The notes: generated by a model from the sequence alone, not told the origin. Shown: positions 37,365 to 47,372, counted from the first letter of the stretch. The stretch is 64,000 nucleotides of DNA from an uncultured Gemmatimonadales bacterium (GCA_963783305.1 CAWAMW010000013.1:1-64000), one strand, 5' to 3'. Numbers and translations: made by a program.

Positions 37365-38045
37365 ATGGCACATGACCGCGGCGTGATCCTCGACGTGGAT
37401 GGCACCCTCATCGACAGCAACGACGCTCACGCGCGCGCGTGGGCGGAGGCGGGAGAGCGTCTGGGCTACGAGATCACGTTCGAACAGGTCCGGCCCCTCA
37501 TCGGGATGGGTGGCGATCGCGTCCTGCCGATCGTGGCCGGGGTGGAAAAGGAGAGCGAGGCGGGGAAGGAGCTCACGGCCGTCCGAGGTGACCTCTTCAG
37601 GCGCCGCTATCTCCCCGAGCTGAAGGCGTTTCCCGGCGTGCGGCGCCTGGTGGAGCGGCTGCGCGATGACGGATTCGACATCGTGGTCGCGTCGTCCGCG
37701 TCGTCCGACGATCTGGAGAGCCTCCTCGAGGTGGCGGGCGTGCTGGACCTCGTCCGCTCCGCCACGTCCGCCGATGATGCCGACGAGTCCAAGCCCTCTC
37801 CCGACATTGTCGAAGAGGCCATCGGCAAGGCCAATGTGGCCCGGGGGTCCCTGATCATGCTCGGCGATACGCCCTACGATGTGGAGGCCGCGCGGCGGGC
37901 CCGCGTACCGCTCGTCGCCGTGCGCTGTGGCGGCTGGGACACCGGCGATCTCGAGGGGGCCGCCGCGGTGTTCGACGACCCCGCCGACCTGCTGGACCAC
38001 TACGAGAGCGTGTTCCTGGACGATACCCTGTTCGACCGGAGCTAG
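37365..38045 (+). CDS. HAD-superfamily hydrolase
   Basis: ILDVDGTLIDS, SKPSPD, MLGDTPYDVEAA. Confidence 0.92.
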   Translation: MAHDRGVILDVDGTLIDSNDAHARAWAEAGERLGYEITFEQVRPLIGMGGDRVLPIVAGVEKESEAGKELTAVRGDLFRRRYLPELKAFPGVRRLVERLRDDGFDIVVASSASSDDLESLLEVAGVLDLVRSATSADDADESKPSPDIVEEAIGKANVARGSLIMLGDTPYDVEAARRARVPLVAVRCGGWDTGDLEGAAAVFDDPADLLDHYESVFLDDTLFDRS

Positions 38046-39238
38046 ATCAGGGAGTGGAGGGCCGCCACCGTCGACCGCACTTCTTCGTGGGTATTGTAAT
38101 AGTGCGGGGACAACCTGAGCGCCGACGTGACACCCTTCTGGTCCAGGTCGAGCACCGCCGACGGCCGATGGATCGCGCTGGTGTTGATCCCCTCTTCGCG
38201 GAGCACGGCCACGAGCTCGTCGACGTCGCGCCCCGCCACGGCCACCGTCACGATGGCGCACAGTTCCCGACCCCGGTCCAGTACACGGATGCCATCGAGA
38301 GAGGAGAGCGACTCCCGCAGCGCCGCGGCGAGCCCCCATGCACGGTCCCGGGCTCGTTCCAGCCCCACCTCCTTCGCGTACCACACCGCCTCCCCCAGCC
38401 CCAGCACCAGCGCGTACGGGAACTCCCAGTTCTCGAACCGACGCGCGTCGTCGCGGAGCTGGTATCGGTCCGCGTCCACCCAGTCGGCGCCGCGCATGTC
38501 GATGTAGAGCGGCCGCAGCCCCGCCTCCAGGGCCCTGTCCGAGACGTACAGGAACCCGAGGCCCCGCGGGCCCCGCAGGAACTTCCGTGAGGTCGCCGCG
38601 AGGAAGTCGCAGTGGAGCGCAGTCACGTCCACCGGCATCTGGCCCACGGCCTGACAGGCGTCCACCAGGTACGGAACGCCCGCCTCGCGACACACGGCGC
38701 CCACCTCGACCGCCGGCTGCACCAGCCCCGAGCTGGTCGGGATCCAGGTGAGCGCCACCAGCTTCGGACGCCGCTTCCGGATCAGGGAGCGGACGCTCTC
38801 CGGGTCGACGCCCCCCTCCGGCAGATCCTCCGCCCGTATCACCTCCACTCCCCTCCGCTCCGCCAGCGACAGGTACATGAGCTGGTTCGAGGCGTAGTCG
38901 TTCCGGGTGGTCAGCACCACATCGCCGGACTCGAAGTCGAAGGCCGAGAGCGCCTGACTGAACGCGACGGTGGCGTTCTCCACTACCGCGATGTTCCGAC
39001 CCGAGGTCCCCACGAACTCGCCCAGGGCCCTGTAGCTCTCGTGGATCCGCACCTGCGCGTCATCGGCCGCCTCGTAGCCGCCCCGTCTCATCTCGCGGTC
39101 CAGGTGGTCGCGGATCATCGTGAAAACCGGCTCCGGCATCAGGGCCGCCCCCGCGTTGTTCATATGGATCCGCCCGGCCATGGCGGCCGGCGTATCCTGC
39201 CGCCACCGCGCCAGCGCGAATCGCTCGATCTCGTCCAT
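38042..39238 (-). CDS. Class V PLP-dependent aminotransferase / C-S lyase-like
   Basis: HMNNAGA, VDACQAVGQ, ATSRKFLRGPRGLG, LRLSPHYYNT. Confidence 0.9.
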   Translation of the reverse strand: MDEIERFALARWRQDTPAAMAGRIHMNNAGAALMPEPVFTMIRDHLDREMRRGGYEAADDAQVRIHESYRALGEFVGTSGRNIAVVENATVAFSQALSAFDFESGDVVLTTRNDYASNQLMYLSLAERRGVEVIRAEDLPEGGVDPESVRSLIRKRRPKLVALTWIPTSSGLVQPAVEVGAVCREAGVPYLVDACQAVGQMPVDVTALHCDFLAATSRKFLRGPRGLGFLYVSDRALEAGLRPLYIDMRGADWVDADRYQLRDDARRFENWEFPYALVLGLGEAVWYAKEVGLERARDRAWGLAAALRESLSSLDGIRVLDRGRELCAIVTVAVAGRDVDELVAVLREEGINTSAIHRPSAVLDLDQKGVTSALRLSPHYYNTHEEVRSTVAALHSLI

Positions 39239-39250
39239 GGTCTCCCTGCC

Positions 39251-41563
39251 CTAGAGTCGGAAGAGATAGCTGACCTTGAGGAACAGGCCCTCGGCGGTCG
39301 GCGTGAGATCACCGAACCGATAGGTCCGCGGCCCCTCCCGGATCCGGCTCCAGCCCGCGTAGAGGATGGTGCCGGGCGAGGGTTCGTAGGAAGCCAGCAG
39401 GTCGTACTGGAGCTCCCCCGATTCCAGCGCCTCGCTCGGGCCTCCGGGCAGCACCAGCGGCGCTCCCGCAGCCGTCCGCAGCGCGTCCCGTTCCTGCAGG
39501 TTGTACTGCACGATCCCGCGCACGAACAGCGCCCGCGTCAGCTGGTACTGGAGCCGGGCTCGCGGGATCTGCGCTACGCTGAACCGCCCGCCTGTCGAGC
39601 GGTGGATCGACGAGTAGGTGAACGAGAGGTCCGCGAAGAACCCGGCCGGCACCCGCACACTGACCGTGGGGGACAGGACGAGCTCCCGACCCCTCGACGC
39701 CTCCGCGTAAATGGGCACCTCGCCGTACGAGCTGCGGCCGTTGATGGAGAGCCAGGGGAGCGGACGGGCCCTGCCGAACAGCTGGACCCCTTTCAGCCCC
39801 TCCAGCGGGGGCGGCAGCTGGAACCCGCCGCGGAAGTTGCCGATGGCGTACCCGTCATAGTCCGCCGGATCGAAGGCGAAATACCCGTTGCTGACCGACA
39901 GCACGAAGCCGTTCGGTCCGCGCAGGCTGACATCGAGGCCGAGCTCGATCTCGGCTTCCTCATAGCCGCGGCCGGCCCAGAAGCTCTCGTGGTCGAACAC
40001 CGCCCCCACCTCCAGCTGCGGGGTCCAGTCCTCCAGCCACGCTCCGGGCTCCCGCCGGTACGTGTGCCCCACACGCGCCCCCAGCTGCGTATCGCCGATC
40101 CGCCGGATCAACCCACTGCGCGCCCGGAAGTCCGGGTGCACGTCCTCCACGCTCGCGCTCCACGAGAGCACGCGGCCGCTGCGCGCGACCTGCGCGGCGA
40201 AGAGCGGCCCGAACAGCGACTCCGTCCCGGCACCGGCGCCTTCCACTCCGGCCTCCCGCGACCACGCGCCCGCGAGCTGCGCGGTCAGCGTGTAGCGGCC
40301 GGCGACGATCACTCGCGTGTCCACTGATCCCACGCGGTTGTACGTGGCGCCGTCCAGCAGCGTGCGGTCCGTGTAGAGGAGCCCCAACGTCGAGGCGCTG
40401 CCCAGGTCCCGCCGCAGACGGAGCAGGTTGAACGCCGCGGATCGGTCTTCGTTCCCGAACGTCCGCGGACTCTCGTCCACCGCTCCCAGGTAGCCCAGCT
40501 TCAGCCGCCCCACCTTGCCCGTCAGCTTGGCGCCCCCGATCGGGTCCGCGATGGCCCGCGTGTACACCAGCCGCTGCGGTGTGTTGAAGACCTCCGTGCC
40601 CTCCAGGAAGAACGGCCGCTTCTCCGGGAAGAAGAGCGCGAACCTCTCGTTCACCACGACCTGGTCCGCGTCCGCCTCCACCTGCGAGAAGTCCGGGTTC
40701 ACCGTTGCATCCAGCACCAGGTTCCGCGTGATCCCGTACCGCGCGTTCAGACCCAGCGCCGGCTCCAGATCGCTCCGGACCAGCTCTCCCCCCTCCTCCG
40801 CCTCCCCCGTCCGCTTCCCCGTGGCCACCGGATTCAGCGTAAGGAGTCGACCCGAGCGCAGCCCCTCCAGCCCGACCAGACGGCCGCTCAGCTCCAGCTG
40901 GTTCGCCGCGTTGGCCGTGATCGGCGCCCACGACAATGCGTACTCCACCCGCCGCACCTCCCGTGCTACGTTCAGCCCCCACTCCTGCTCCGGTGCCGTG
41001 CGGAACCTCAGACTGCTGAACGGGACCCGGATCTCCGCCACCCACCCCGCCTCCGTCACCCGCGCGGCCGACTCCCACAGGAAGTCCGGATTGAAATCAA
41101 TGGGTGGCCCGTGCTCCGCCGCCGCGCCCTCCACCCACAGCCCGTCCGCCTGCACACCCCGGGGGTTCACATAGAACACGTACCCCTGGCTGTTGTCGTT
41201 GAACGTGTCCAGCGTCACGCGCACCCAGTCGTCATCCGTGACGTTGCGATCCCGCTCCGTCAGCGTCGCACGTATCCCGCCCGGCTCCCGGTCGAACGCC
41301 TCCACCCCGAAATACAGCGCGTCCGGTCCGTACCACACCCGCACGTCCGTACGCTGGCTCGCCGCGATCCCCTCCGCCGGGGCAAACTGCGTGAAGCCGC
41401 TCAACACCGCCGCCTCCGCCCACGCCTCCTCATCCAGGTGCCCGTCCACTCGCACCTCCGCCGACTCCAGCCGCGGGGGAGCCACACGCAGGTCACCCCG
41501 ACCCCCGTCATACACCGTGTCCGCCGCCAGACCCAGCGCCATCACCACCACGATTCCCAGCAT
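39251..41563 (-). CDS. DUF5916 outer-membrane protein with CBM9-like N-terminal domain
   Basis: VDGHLDEEAW, AEIRVPFSSLRF, NPDFSQVEAD, FFPEKRPFFLEG, KVSYLFRL. Confidence 0.88.
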   Translation of the reverse strand: MLGIVVVMALGLAADTVYDGGRGDLRVAPPRLESAEVRVDGHLDEEAWAEAAVLSGFTQFAPAEGIAASQRTDVRVWYGPDALYFGVEAFDREPGGIRATLTERDRNVTDDDWVRVTLDTFNDNSQGYVFYVNPRGVQADGLWVEGAAAEHGPPIDFNPDFLWESAARVTEAGWVAEIRVPFSSLRFRTAPEQEWGLNVAREVRRVEYALSWAPITANAANQLELSGRLVGLEGLRSGRLLTLNPVATGKRTGEAEEGGELVRSDLEPALGLNARYGITRNLVLDATVNPDFSQVEADADQVVVNERFALFFPEKRPFFLEGTEVFNTPQRLVYTRAIADPIGGAKLTGKVGRLKLGYLGAVDESPRTFGNEDRSAAFNLLRLRRDLGSASTLGLLYTDRTLLDGATYNRVGSVDTRVIVAGRYTLTAQLAGAWSREAGVEGAGAGTESLFGPLFAAQVARSGRVLSWSASVEDVHPDFRARSGLIRRIGDTQLGARVGHTYRREPGAWLEDWTPQLEVGAVFDHESFWAGRGYEEAEIELGLDVSLRGPNGFVLSVSNGYFAFDPADYDGYAIGNFRGGFQLPPPLEGLKGVQLFGRARPLPWLSINGRSSYGEVPIYAEASRGRELVLSPTVSVRVPAGFFADLSFTYSSIHRSTGGRFSVAQIPRARLQYQLTRALFVRGIVQYNLQERDALRTAAGAPLVLPGGPSEALESGELQYDLLASYEPSPGTILYAGWSRIREGPRTYRFGDLTPTAEGLFLKVSYLFRL

Positions 41564-41661
41564 CCGCCTCCGCTCCGCTCGCGTCCGCCCGTGAGCGCTG
41601 TATCTTACCCCCACACCTACCGCCGTGAAACCGGTTGACGACGGTAGGGCGACGCGGTAGC

Positions 41662-41687
41662 TTGTCAATAACAATTATTGATAGCAA
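41662..41687. promoter_or_regulatory. AT-rich palindrome, Fur-family-like operator
   Basis: TTG-TCAATAA-CAA-TTATTGA-TAGCAA just upstream of the ferritin RBS. Confidence 0.6.
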
Positions 41688-41703
41688 CGAAAGGAACCAC
41701 GAC

Positions 41704-42207
41704 ATGGACCCGAAGGTTCGCGACCTCATCAATGAGCAGATCGCACACGAGTTCTTCGCTTCCCACCTCTACCTGGCCATGGCGGCGCAGTTCGAGTCGC
41801 AGAATTACGATGGCTTCGCGCAGTGGATGCGGATGCAGTCGAAGGAAGAGCACGGTCACGCCATGAAGCTGTTCGACTTCCTGGTGGAGCGGGGTGCGCA
41901 GATCGAGCTGAACCAGATCGACAAGCCGCCGGTGGAGTTCGGCTCGCCCGCGGAGAGCTTCCGAAAGGCGCTGGAGCACGAGCGGAAGGTGACGGGGCTG
42001 ATCAACCGGATCTACGAGGCGGCGGTGGACGGGAAGGACTACCCGACGCAGATCATGCTGCAGTGGTTCATCACGGAGCAGGTGGAGGAAGAGGACAGCA
42101 CGGGCACGGCGGTGGAGCGGCTGGAGATGGCGGGTGACAACCGGGCGGCCCTCATGTTCCTGGACGCGGAGTTTGGCAGGCGGTCGGCGGCGGGACACGA
42201 CCATTAG
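41704..42207 (+). CDS. ftnA: Non-heme ferritin
   Basis: NEQIAHEFFASHLYLAM, EEHGHAMK, ALEHERKVT, LQWFITEQVEEE. Confidence 0.93.
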   Translation: MDPKVRDLINEQIAHEFFASHLYLAMAAQFESQNYDGFAQWMRMQSKEEHGHAMKLFDFLVERGAQIELNQIDKPPVEFGSPAESFRKALEHERKVTGLINRIYEAAVDGKDYPTQIMLQWFITEQVEEEDSTGTAVERLEMAGDNRAALMFLDAEFGRRSAAGHDH

Positions 42208-42919
42208 CCGGGAGCATCATATCCGGGTGCCTCGAACCGCGCGGTATCGGGTGCTCGGGGACCCCTCCTGCAGCAGGGAGGTCTGGTTCGTCCTCCACGG
42301 GTATCGACAGCTCGCGGAGCGATTCATCGGAGCGTTTCAGGCGCTGCCCGGCGCGGGCGAGACCCGCGCCGTGGTGGCGCCCGAGGCGCTTTCGCGTTTC
42401 TACATCGAGTCCGAGGTGGGGCCGCACGATGGGGAATCCCGTGTGGGCGCCACGTGGATGACGCGGGCGGATCGTGAGCATGAGATCCGGGACTACGTGG
42501 AGTACCTGGACCGGGTGGCGGGTGAAGTGCTGGTGGGGGGAGCGGGATCGGCGACGGGGGCGGAGGCACCGGACGCCGCGCCGCTGGACGCGGGCGATCG
42601 GAGGGTGGTGGTGCTGGGCTTCTCGCAGGGAGCGGAGACGGCGTCGCGGTGGGTGACGTACGGTCGGATCCGGCCGGCGGAGCTCGTGCTGTGGGGCGGG
42701 GGCCTGGCGGTGGACGTGGAAGCTGCCGACGTGCGCGACGCGCTGGCGGGTGTCGAGGTCCGGCTCGTCTCGGGGAGCGGTGACCGGTGGGGTCTGCAGC
42801 GGGGCGCGGATACCGAGGCTCGGCTGCGGGAGGTGGGCATCGTCCCGGAGCGAGTCCGCTACGAGGGCGGACACGTGGTGGCGCCGGAGGTCCTGGCCGG
42901 GAGCTGGCCTATTCGGTAG
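42197..42919 (+). CDS. Alpha/beta hydrolase (phospholipase/carboxylesterase-like); start uncertain
   Basis: WFVLHGY, APEALSRFY, VGATWMT, GFSQG, YEGGH. Confidence 0.82.
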   Translation, partial: TTISREHHIRVPRTARYRVLGDPSCSREVWFVLHGYRQLAERFIGAFQALPGAGETRAVVAPEALSRFYIESEVGPHDGESRVGATWMTRADREHEIRDYVEYLDRVAGEVLVGGAGSATGAEAPDAAPLDAGDRRVVVLGFSQGAETASRWVTYGRIRPAELVLWGGGLAVDVEAADVRDALAGVEVRLVSGSGDRWGLQRGADTEARLREVGIVPERVRYEGGHVVAPEVLAGSWPIR

Positions 42920-43475
42920 CCGCGAGGCTGGATTCCACCGCCCGGATGAGCTCCGGATCCCCCCGCTGGAAGGCGCCCAGGTGGCGCCACGCGATGCGGC
43001 CCTCCCGATCGATGAGCACCGTCAGCGGGACCCCCATGGCCCCGAAGGTGGAGACCGCCGTCTGGTCCGGATCCCACCAGACCTCGTAGGTCATCCCGAA
43101 CCGCTCGATGAAGTCGTGGACCTGCGACTCCGCGCTGCGGCTGTCCACCGTGACCCCCACCACGTGCAGCCCCTCGTCACCGTGCTCCTCGTGGAGCGCC
43201 TGCAGCTCCGGGATCTCCTGACGGCAGGGCGTGCACCAGGTGGCCCAGACGTTCAGCAGCACGACCTCGCCTTCCAGGTCGGCGAGCGACACCGCCGCGC
43301 CCCCCAGGTCTTTCGCGCTGAATGACGGCGCCATCTCGTTCGCCACGGCCGCACCGCCGGCGTCCGTCCCGCCGCCCACCGTGGCCGCGCTCCCGCGTGC
43401 GGCATCCCCATCGTCCGCGCGGCAGGCGGTCGAGCCGATCAGCATGGTGAGCAGGATCATCCTCCGGACCCGCAT
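42909..43475 (-). CDS. TlpA-family thiol-disulfide oxidoreductase lipoprotein
   Basis: Lipobox STAC; LLNVWATWCTPCRQEIP; GVPLTVLIDREG. Confidence 0.92.
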   Translation of the reverse strand: MRVRRMILLTMLIGSTACRADDGDAARGSAATVGGGTDAGGAAVANEMAPSFSAKDLGGAAVSLADLEGEVVLLNVWATWCTPCRQEIPELQALHEEHGDEGLHVVGVTVDSRSAESQVHDFIERFGMTYEVWWDPDQTAVSTFGAMGVPLTVLIDREGRIAWRHLGAFQRGDPELIRAVESSLAATE

Positions 43476-44803
43476 CACTCGCCGCCTTCCGTGCCGCCGG
43501 GCAGCCGCGCCGTGGCCGTACGCACGGTCGGCTCCTCCCCGCCCTCGGTCCAGGCGAAGAAGACGCGGTCCCCTGAGTGGACCATGCGGGGGAAACCGCT
43601 GGCGCGTTCGGCGGCCGTGCCGGTGACGGGTGTAAGCGGCCCCGCGCCGTCGGCGCTCACGGGCCGCACCCGGATCTCGGCGGCGCCATTCACCCGCTCG
43701 AGCCATGTCACAACCGCCGTGCCCGAGTCCAGCAGGACCAGGTCGACGCGACCCATGGCTCCGCCCTCGTCGACACGCACGGGCTCGCTGAACGTGGCGC
43801 CTGCATCCTGCGAGAACGCGGCGAGCACGCGACCCTGCGAGCCGGCCGCGCGGATCTCCTCGCGTCCGGCCGTGGAGTCCAGCGGCGCGCCCGTGAACCA
43901 GACGACGGCCACGTCGTCGTCGCGGGCATCGATGGACGGGCCGTTCACCGGGCAGCCGGGGATCACCCAGCCGTCCTCGTGGACCGCCATTGGCGCGGTC
44001 CACTCGCCGTCCACCCGCCTCACGACGTGGATGTCACGGACCTCCTCGGCGGTGCGGTCGCGGTACACCACGATGGGACCGTTGGAGGTGGTGGCGAGGC
44101 CCGTCTGGCAGCAGTCGCAGACGCTCGAGTCCAGCAGCGCCTCGGGGCCCAGCTCGCCGTCGGGAGAGACGGTGGTGAAGCGAAGCGTCATCGGCTCGCC
44201 TCCGACGGTCTCGCGACCGTCCAGCCAGCTCATGCCGATCTCCGCGCCCAGGGGATAGAGCGAAACGAACCCGTGCTCTGCCGAAACACCGTCACGGTGC
44301 GGGACGCTGCCTTCGCTCCACGTCTCCCCGCCGTCGCGTGAAGTGGCGACCCGGACATCATAGGCGTACGGGCTGGAGCCGCTCTTCTGGAGCCAGTGGG
44401 CGGCCAACGTGCCGTCCTCGAGGGCGGTGAACGCGGGGAAGTCGGCCCAGTTGACGAAGAGGTCGTTCCGGTCCATCACCTGCCCCGGCTCACCCCAGGC
44501 GTCCCCTTCCCAGCGGGCGAACCGAAGGGCGTACGAGGCCGTGTCGGTCCCCTCCAGCCAGCTCAGGTACACGCCCGCCGGGCTGGCCACCAGGTTCGGC
44601 TCGCCGCTGTCCGGCCCCGCCGGGCTCTGCACGGCGGTGGGTGCGGGAACCGCCTCGGTCGGGGCGCCATCCGTGCCGTCCCCGCCGCGCGCCGTTGCGG
44701 CGCCGTCCGCGCAGGCGAGCGCCCCGAGGGCGAGCGTGATCGACGCGACGCCGGCGATGCGGGCGCGCTTTCGCTGATGCGGATGTTGTCCTGCTGGGGT
44801 CAT
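43475..44803 (-). CDS. Sialidase-like/BNR-repeat lipoprotein
   Basis: Lipobox ALAC; NWADFP, SRDGGETWS, VCDCCQT, GCPVNGP, SQDAGATFS. Confidence 0.8.
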   Translation of the reverse strand: MTPAGQHPHQRKRARIAGVASITLALGALACADGAATARGGDGTDGAPTEAVPAPTAVQSPAGPDSGEPNLVASPAGVYLSWLEGTDTASYALRFARWEGDAWGEPGQVMDRNDLFVNWADFPAFTALEDGTLAAHWLQKSGSSPYAYDVRVATSRDGGETWSEGSVPHRDGVSAEHGFVSLYPLGAEIGMSWLDGRETVGGEPMTLRFTTVSPDGELGPEALLDSSVCDCCQTGLATTSNGPIVVYRDRTAEEVRDIHVVRRVDGEWTAPMAVHEDGWVIPGCPVNGPSIDARDDDVAVVWFTGAPLDSTAGREEIRAAGSQGRVLAAFSQDAGATFSEPVRVDEGGAMGRVDLVLLDSGTAVVTWLERVNGAAEIRVRPVSADGAGPLTPVTGTAAERASGFPRMVHSGDRVFFAWTEGGEEPTVRTATARLPGGTEGGE

Positions 44804-44834
44804 TCGTCCTCACTGCGTAGGGAGCGCGGTCGCG

Positions 44835-45302
44835 TCAATTCAGTCGAACGATGGCGGCGTTCAGGGCTCCTGCGAAGGTCACCCATGCCAGGTACGGCAC
44901 CATGAGGGCGCCGGCCAGGGTGGAGTGCCGGAAGAACAGGATGGTGGTGGCGAGGATCGCGACCCACAGCGCGATGATCTCGACCAGGGCCCAGCCGGGC
45001 CTCTGGAGCGCGAAGAAGACGCCGGACCACGCCAGGTTGAGCGCCAGCTGCACGAAGAACATCCCGAGGGCGAGGCTGGCTCCGTCCGCGCCCGCGTTCT
45101 TCCAGACCAGCCACGCGGCCACGGCCATCATGGCGTAGAGTGTTGTCCAGACGGGACCGAAGAGCCAGGAAGGCGGGTTCCACGAGGGCTTGGCCAGCTG
45201 CATGAACCACTCGGGCATGCCCATGGACGTGAACCAGCCACCGACGCCCGCCACGGCGAAGCAGACGGCCAGGAACCCGAGGAGTGCGAGGAAGGTGCGC
45301 AT
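44835..45302 (-). CDS. tspO: TspO/MBR tryptophan-rich sensory protein
   Basis: LAKPSWNPPSWLFGPVWTTLY, QLALNLAWS, PYLAWVTFAGALN. Confidence 0.93.
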   Translation of the reverse strand: MRTFLALLGFLAVCFAVAGVGGWFTSMGMPEWFMQLAKPSWNPPSWLFGPVWTTLYAMMAVAAWLVWKNAGADGASLALGMFFVQLALNLAWSGVFFALQRPGWALVEIIALWVAILATTILFFRHSTLAGALMVPYLAWVTFAGALNAAIVRLN

Positions 45303-46525
45303 CAGAACCACCCCTTGCGCTTGAAGAACAAGACGAGCCCGCCCGCGATCACCAGCATGACCGCCCACACCGCCGGGTAGCCCCAGTACCAGGCGAGCTC
45401 GGGCATGTTCCACGGGCTCGCCGCGGGGTCGAAGTTCATCCCGTAGATCCCGGCGATGAAGGTCAGGGGGATGAAGATGGTGGCGATGATCGTCAGCACC
45501 TTCATCACCTCGTTCATCCGATGGCTCACGCTCGACAGGTACACGTCGAGGAGCGCGCTCGCCATCTCGCGGTAGTTCTCCAGCAGGTCGATCACCTGGA
45601 TCGCGTGGTCGTACGCGTCGCGCAGGTAGATCCGGGTCTCGGGCGACACCAGCGCGAACTCGTCCCGATACAGCTGTCCCATGGCCTCCCGCATCGGCCA
45701 TACCGACTGGCGCAGCGCGAGTGCGTCCCGGCGGGCGCCGTGGATGACCCCCACCAGCTCCTCGCGGGGGTCATCGATCACTTCCTCTTCGAGAAACTCG
45801 AGGCGCGCGCCGAACTCCTCCAGCACGGGGTAGTAGCCGTCCACGACCGCGTCCAGGATCGCGTAGAACAGGTAATCGGACCCGGCAGCCCGGATCCGAC
45901 CGCGGCCGGCCCGCAGCCGCTCACGGACCGGCTCCCATACGTCCCCCTCCCGCTCCTGGAACGTCACCACCCAGTCCGCTCCCAGGAACAGGCTCACCTG
46001 CTCCGTGTCCACCCGTTCTCCGAGCGTGGCCATCCGGGCGACCGCGAACAGCGACTCCGGGTACTCCTCCACCTTCGGCCGCTGGTGCACGTTGACGACG
46101 TCCTCGAGCGCCAGGCGGTGGAGCCCGAATACCTCGCCGATCGCCGCTACCGCCTCGGCGTCCCCCACCCCCGTCGCGTCGATCCAGAGCGTGGGCCATC
46201 GGCCGCGGAGCGCGGCCAGATCGGCGGGCGAGGTGATCTCGACCTCCTCCAGCGTATCGGGGCCGTACCCGATCGCCCGGAGGACCGGCGGCTCGGCGTC
46301 GGGATGGGAGATGAGCGTGCCGGGCGCCGCGCCCACCGGAGACCGGCGCCGGAACGTGTGGACCCGGGGGAGCGGCACACCGGCCCTCGCGAGGCTCTTG
46401 CGGAGCCGGCGTGCGCTGTACGCCGCGGTCCACGCGACGCCCCGGGGGATGGATGCGGCCGCGTGGAGCGTCGCCATGGCGGCGTCGCCCGCGGCCTTCA
46501 GCGGGTCGTGGTTGTGTTCGGCCAT
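45302..46525 (-). CDS. corA: Magnesium/cobalt transporter CorA
   Basis: LHRLALEDVVNVHQRPKVE, MNEVMKVLT, GIYGMNF, MPEL. Confidence 0.95.
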   Translation of the reverse strand: MAEHNHDPLKAAGDAAMATLHAAASIPRGVAWTAAYSARRLRKSLARAGVPLPRVHTFRRRSPVGAAPGTLISHPDAEPPVLRAIGYGPDTLEEVEITSPADLAALRGRWPTLWIDATGVGDAEAVAAIGEVFGLHRLALEDVVNVHQRPKVEEYPESLFAVARMATLGERVDTEQVSLFLGADWVVTFQEREGDVWEPVRERLRAGRGRIRAAGSDYLFYAILDAVVDGYYPVLEEFGARLEFLEEEVIDDPREELVGVIHGARRDALALRQSVWPMREAMGQLYRDEFALVSPETRIYLRDAYDHAIQVIDLLENYREMASALLDVYLSSVSHRMNEVMKVLTIIATIFIPLTFIAGIYGMNFDPAASPWNMPELAWYWGYPAVWAVMLVIAGGLVLFFKRKGWF

Positions 46526-46547
46526 GGGGACCGAATATAGGGCGTGG

Positions 46548-47180
46548 TCAGCGCCAATCCCAACGGACCAGCTCGGCGGTGGTCTCGTTGAGCGCCCGGA
46601 CCTCCACCCTCACGTAGTCGCCCGACCGGTAGTCGCGCAGCCGTTCGCGCTGCGCGGTGGTGGCCGTGCTGGGCAGATAAACCGGGAGCGAGCCGCCCTG
46701 CGTCATGTCGAGGGTGAACATCCAGCGGCTCAGGTCGATCTGGTTGATGGTGCCCTCGACCTGATGCACATCGGAGGGCGTCCCGCCGGTGGTCCCGCCG
46801 GTCGTCTCGCCGCGCCGCTCCTGCACGGACTGCACGACCTGGATCAGGTCCGTGTAGTAGCCCTGCTGGACCTGCTGGATGCGCATTTCCACCACATCAC
46901 CGTACTCCAGCGCGGTCACATCGTACTGCTGGTTCTCATAGACCACCTGCGTGTTCTGATCGAACAGGACCGCGCCCTGCTGGCCGTCCTGCGTACGCAC
47001 GATGATCTGCTGCTGCTGCTGCCGGACCTCCTGCACCTCCGCGGTCATGGTCGCCGGCGCCTGGCTGCCGCCCTGGCCGCCACCCGTCAGGATATCGCCA
47101 AGGCCACCGAGCCCGCCTCCGGCGCATGCGCCGAGCATGAGGGGGAGCGCGAAAAGCGGGAGTCGTCGTAATGTGGTCAT
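46548..47180 (-). CDS. Hypothetical lipoprotein with two small beta domains (DUF5666-like)
   Basis: RBS GAGGAGG; lipobox LGAC; repeated ALEYGDVVEM / YRSGDYVRVE. Confidence 0.7.
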   Translation of the reverse strand: MTTLRRLPLFALPLMLGACAGGGLGGLGDILTGGGQGGSQAPATMTAEVQEVRQQQQQIIVRTQDGQQGAVLFDQNTQVVYENQQYDVTALEYGDVVEMRIQQVQQGYYTDLIQVVQSVQERRGETTGGTTGGTPSDVHQVEGTINQIDLSRWMFTLDMTQGGSLPVYLPSTATTAQRERLRDYRSGDYVRVEVRALNETTAELVRWDWR

Positions 47181-47372
47181 GCGCCTCCTCGGGCGCTGAG
47201 TTATCAAGGCTGTCGGAGACGCTCTTCTGCAACGCCGGTGCCAGTCGCCCGCCCGCGGCCCTGCGCGCGCCGCCCTGGCGGGCATCGGCATTGAACCCTT
47301 TCCGCGGCCCGGGCATTACACTTGAGCAACCGCTCGGAGTGATCGACGCATCGCGGGGAATGGAGGTCGTAC

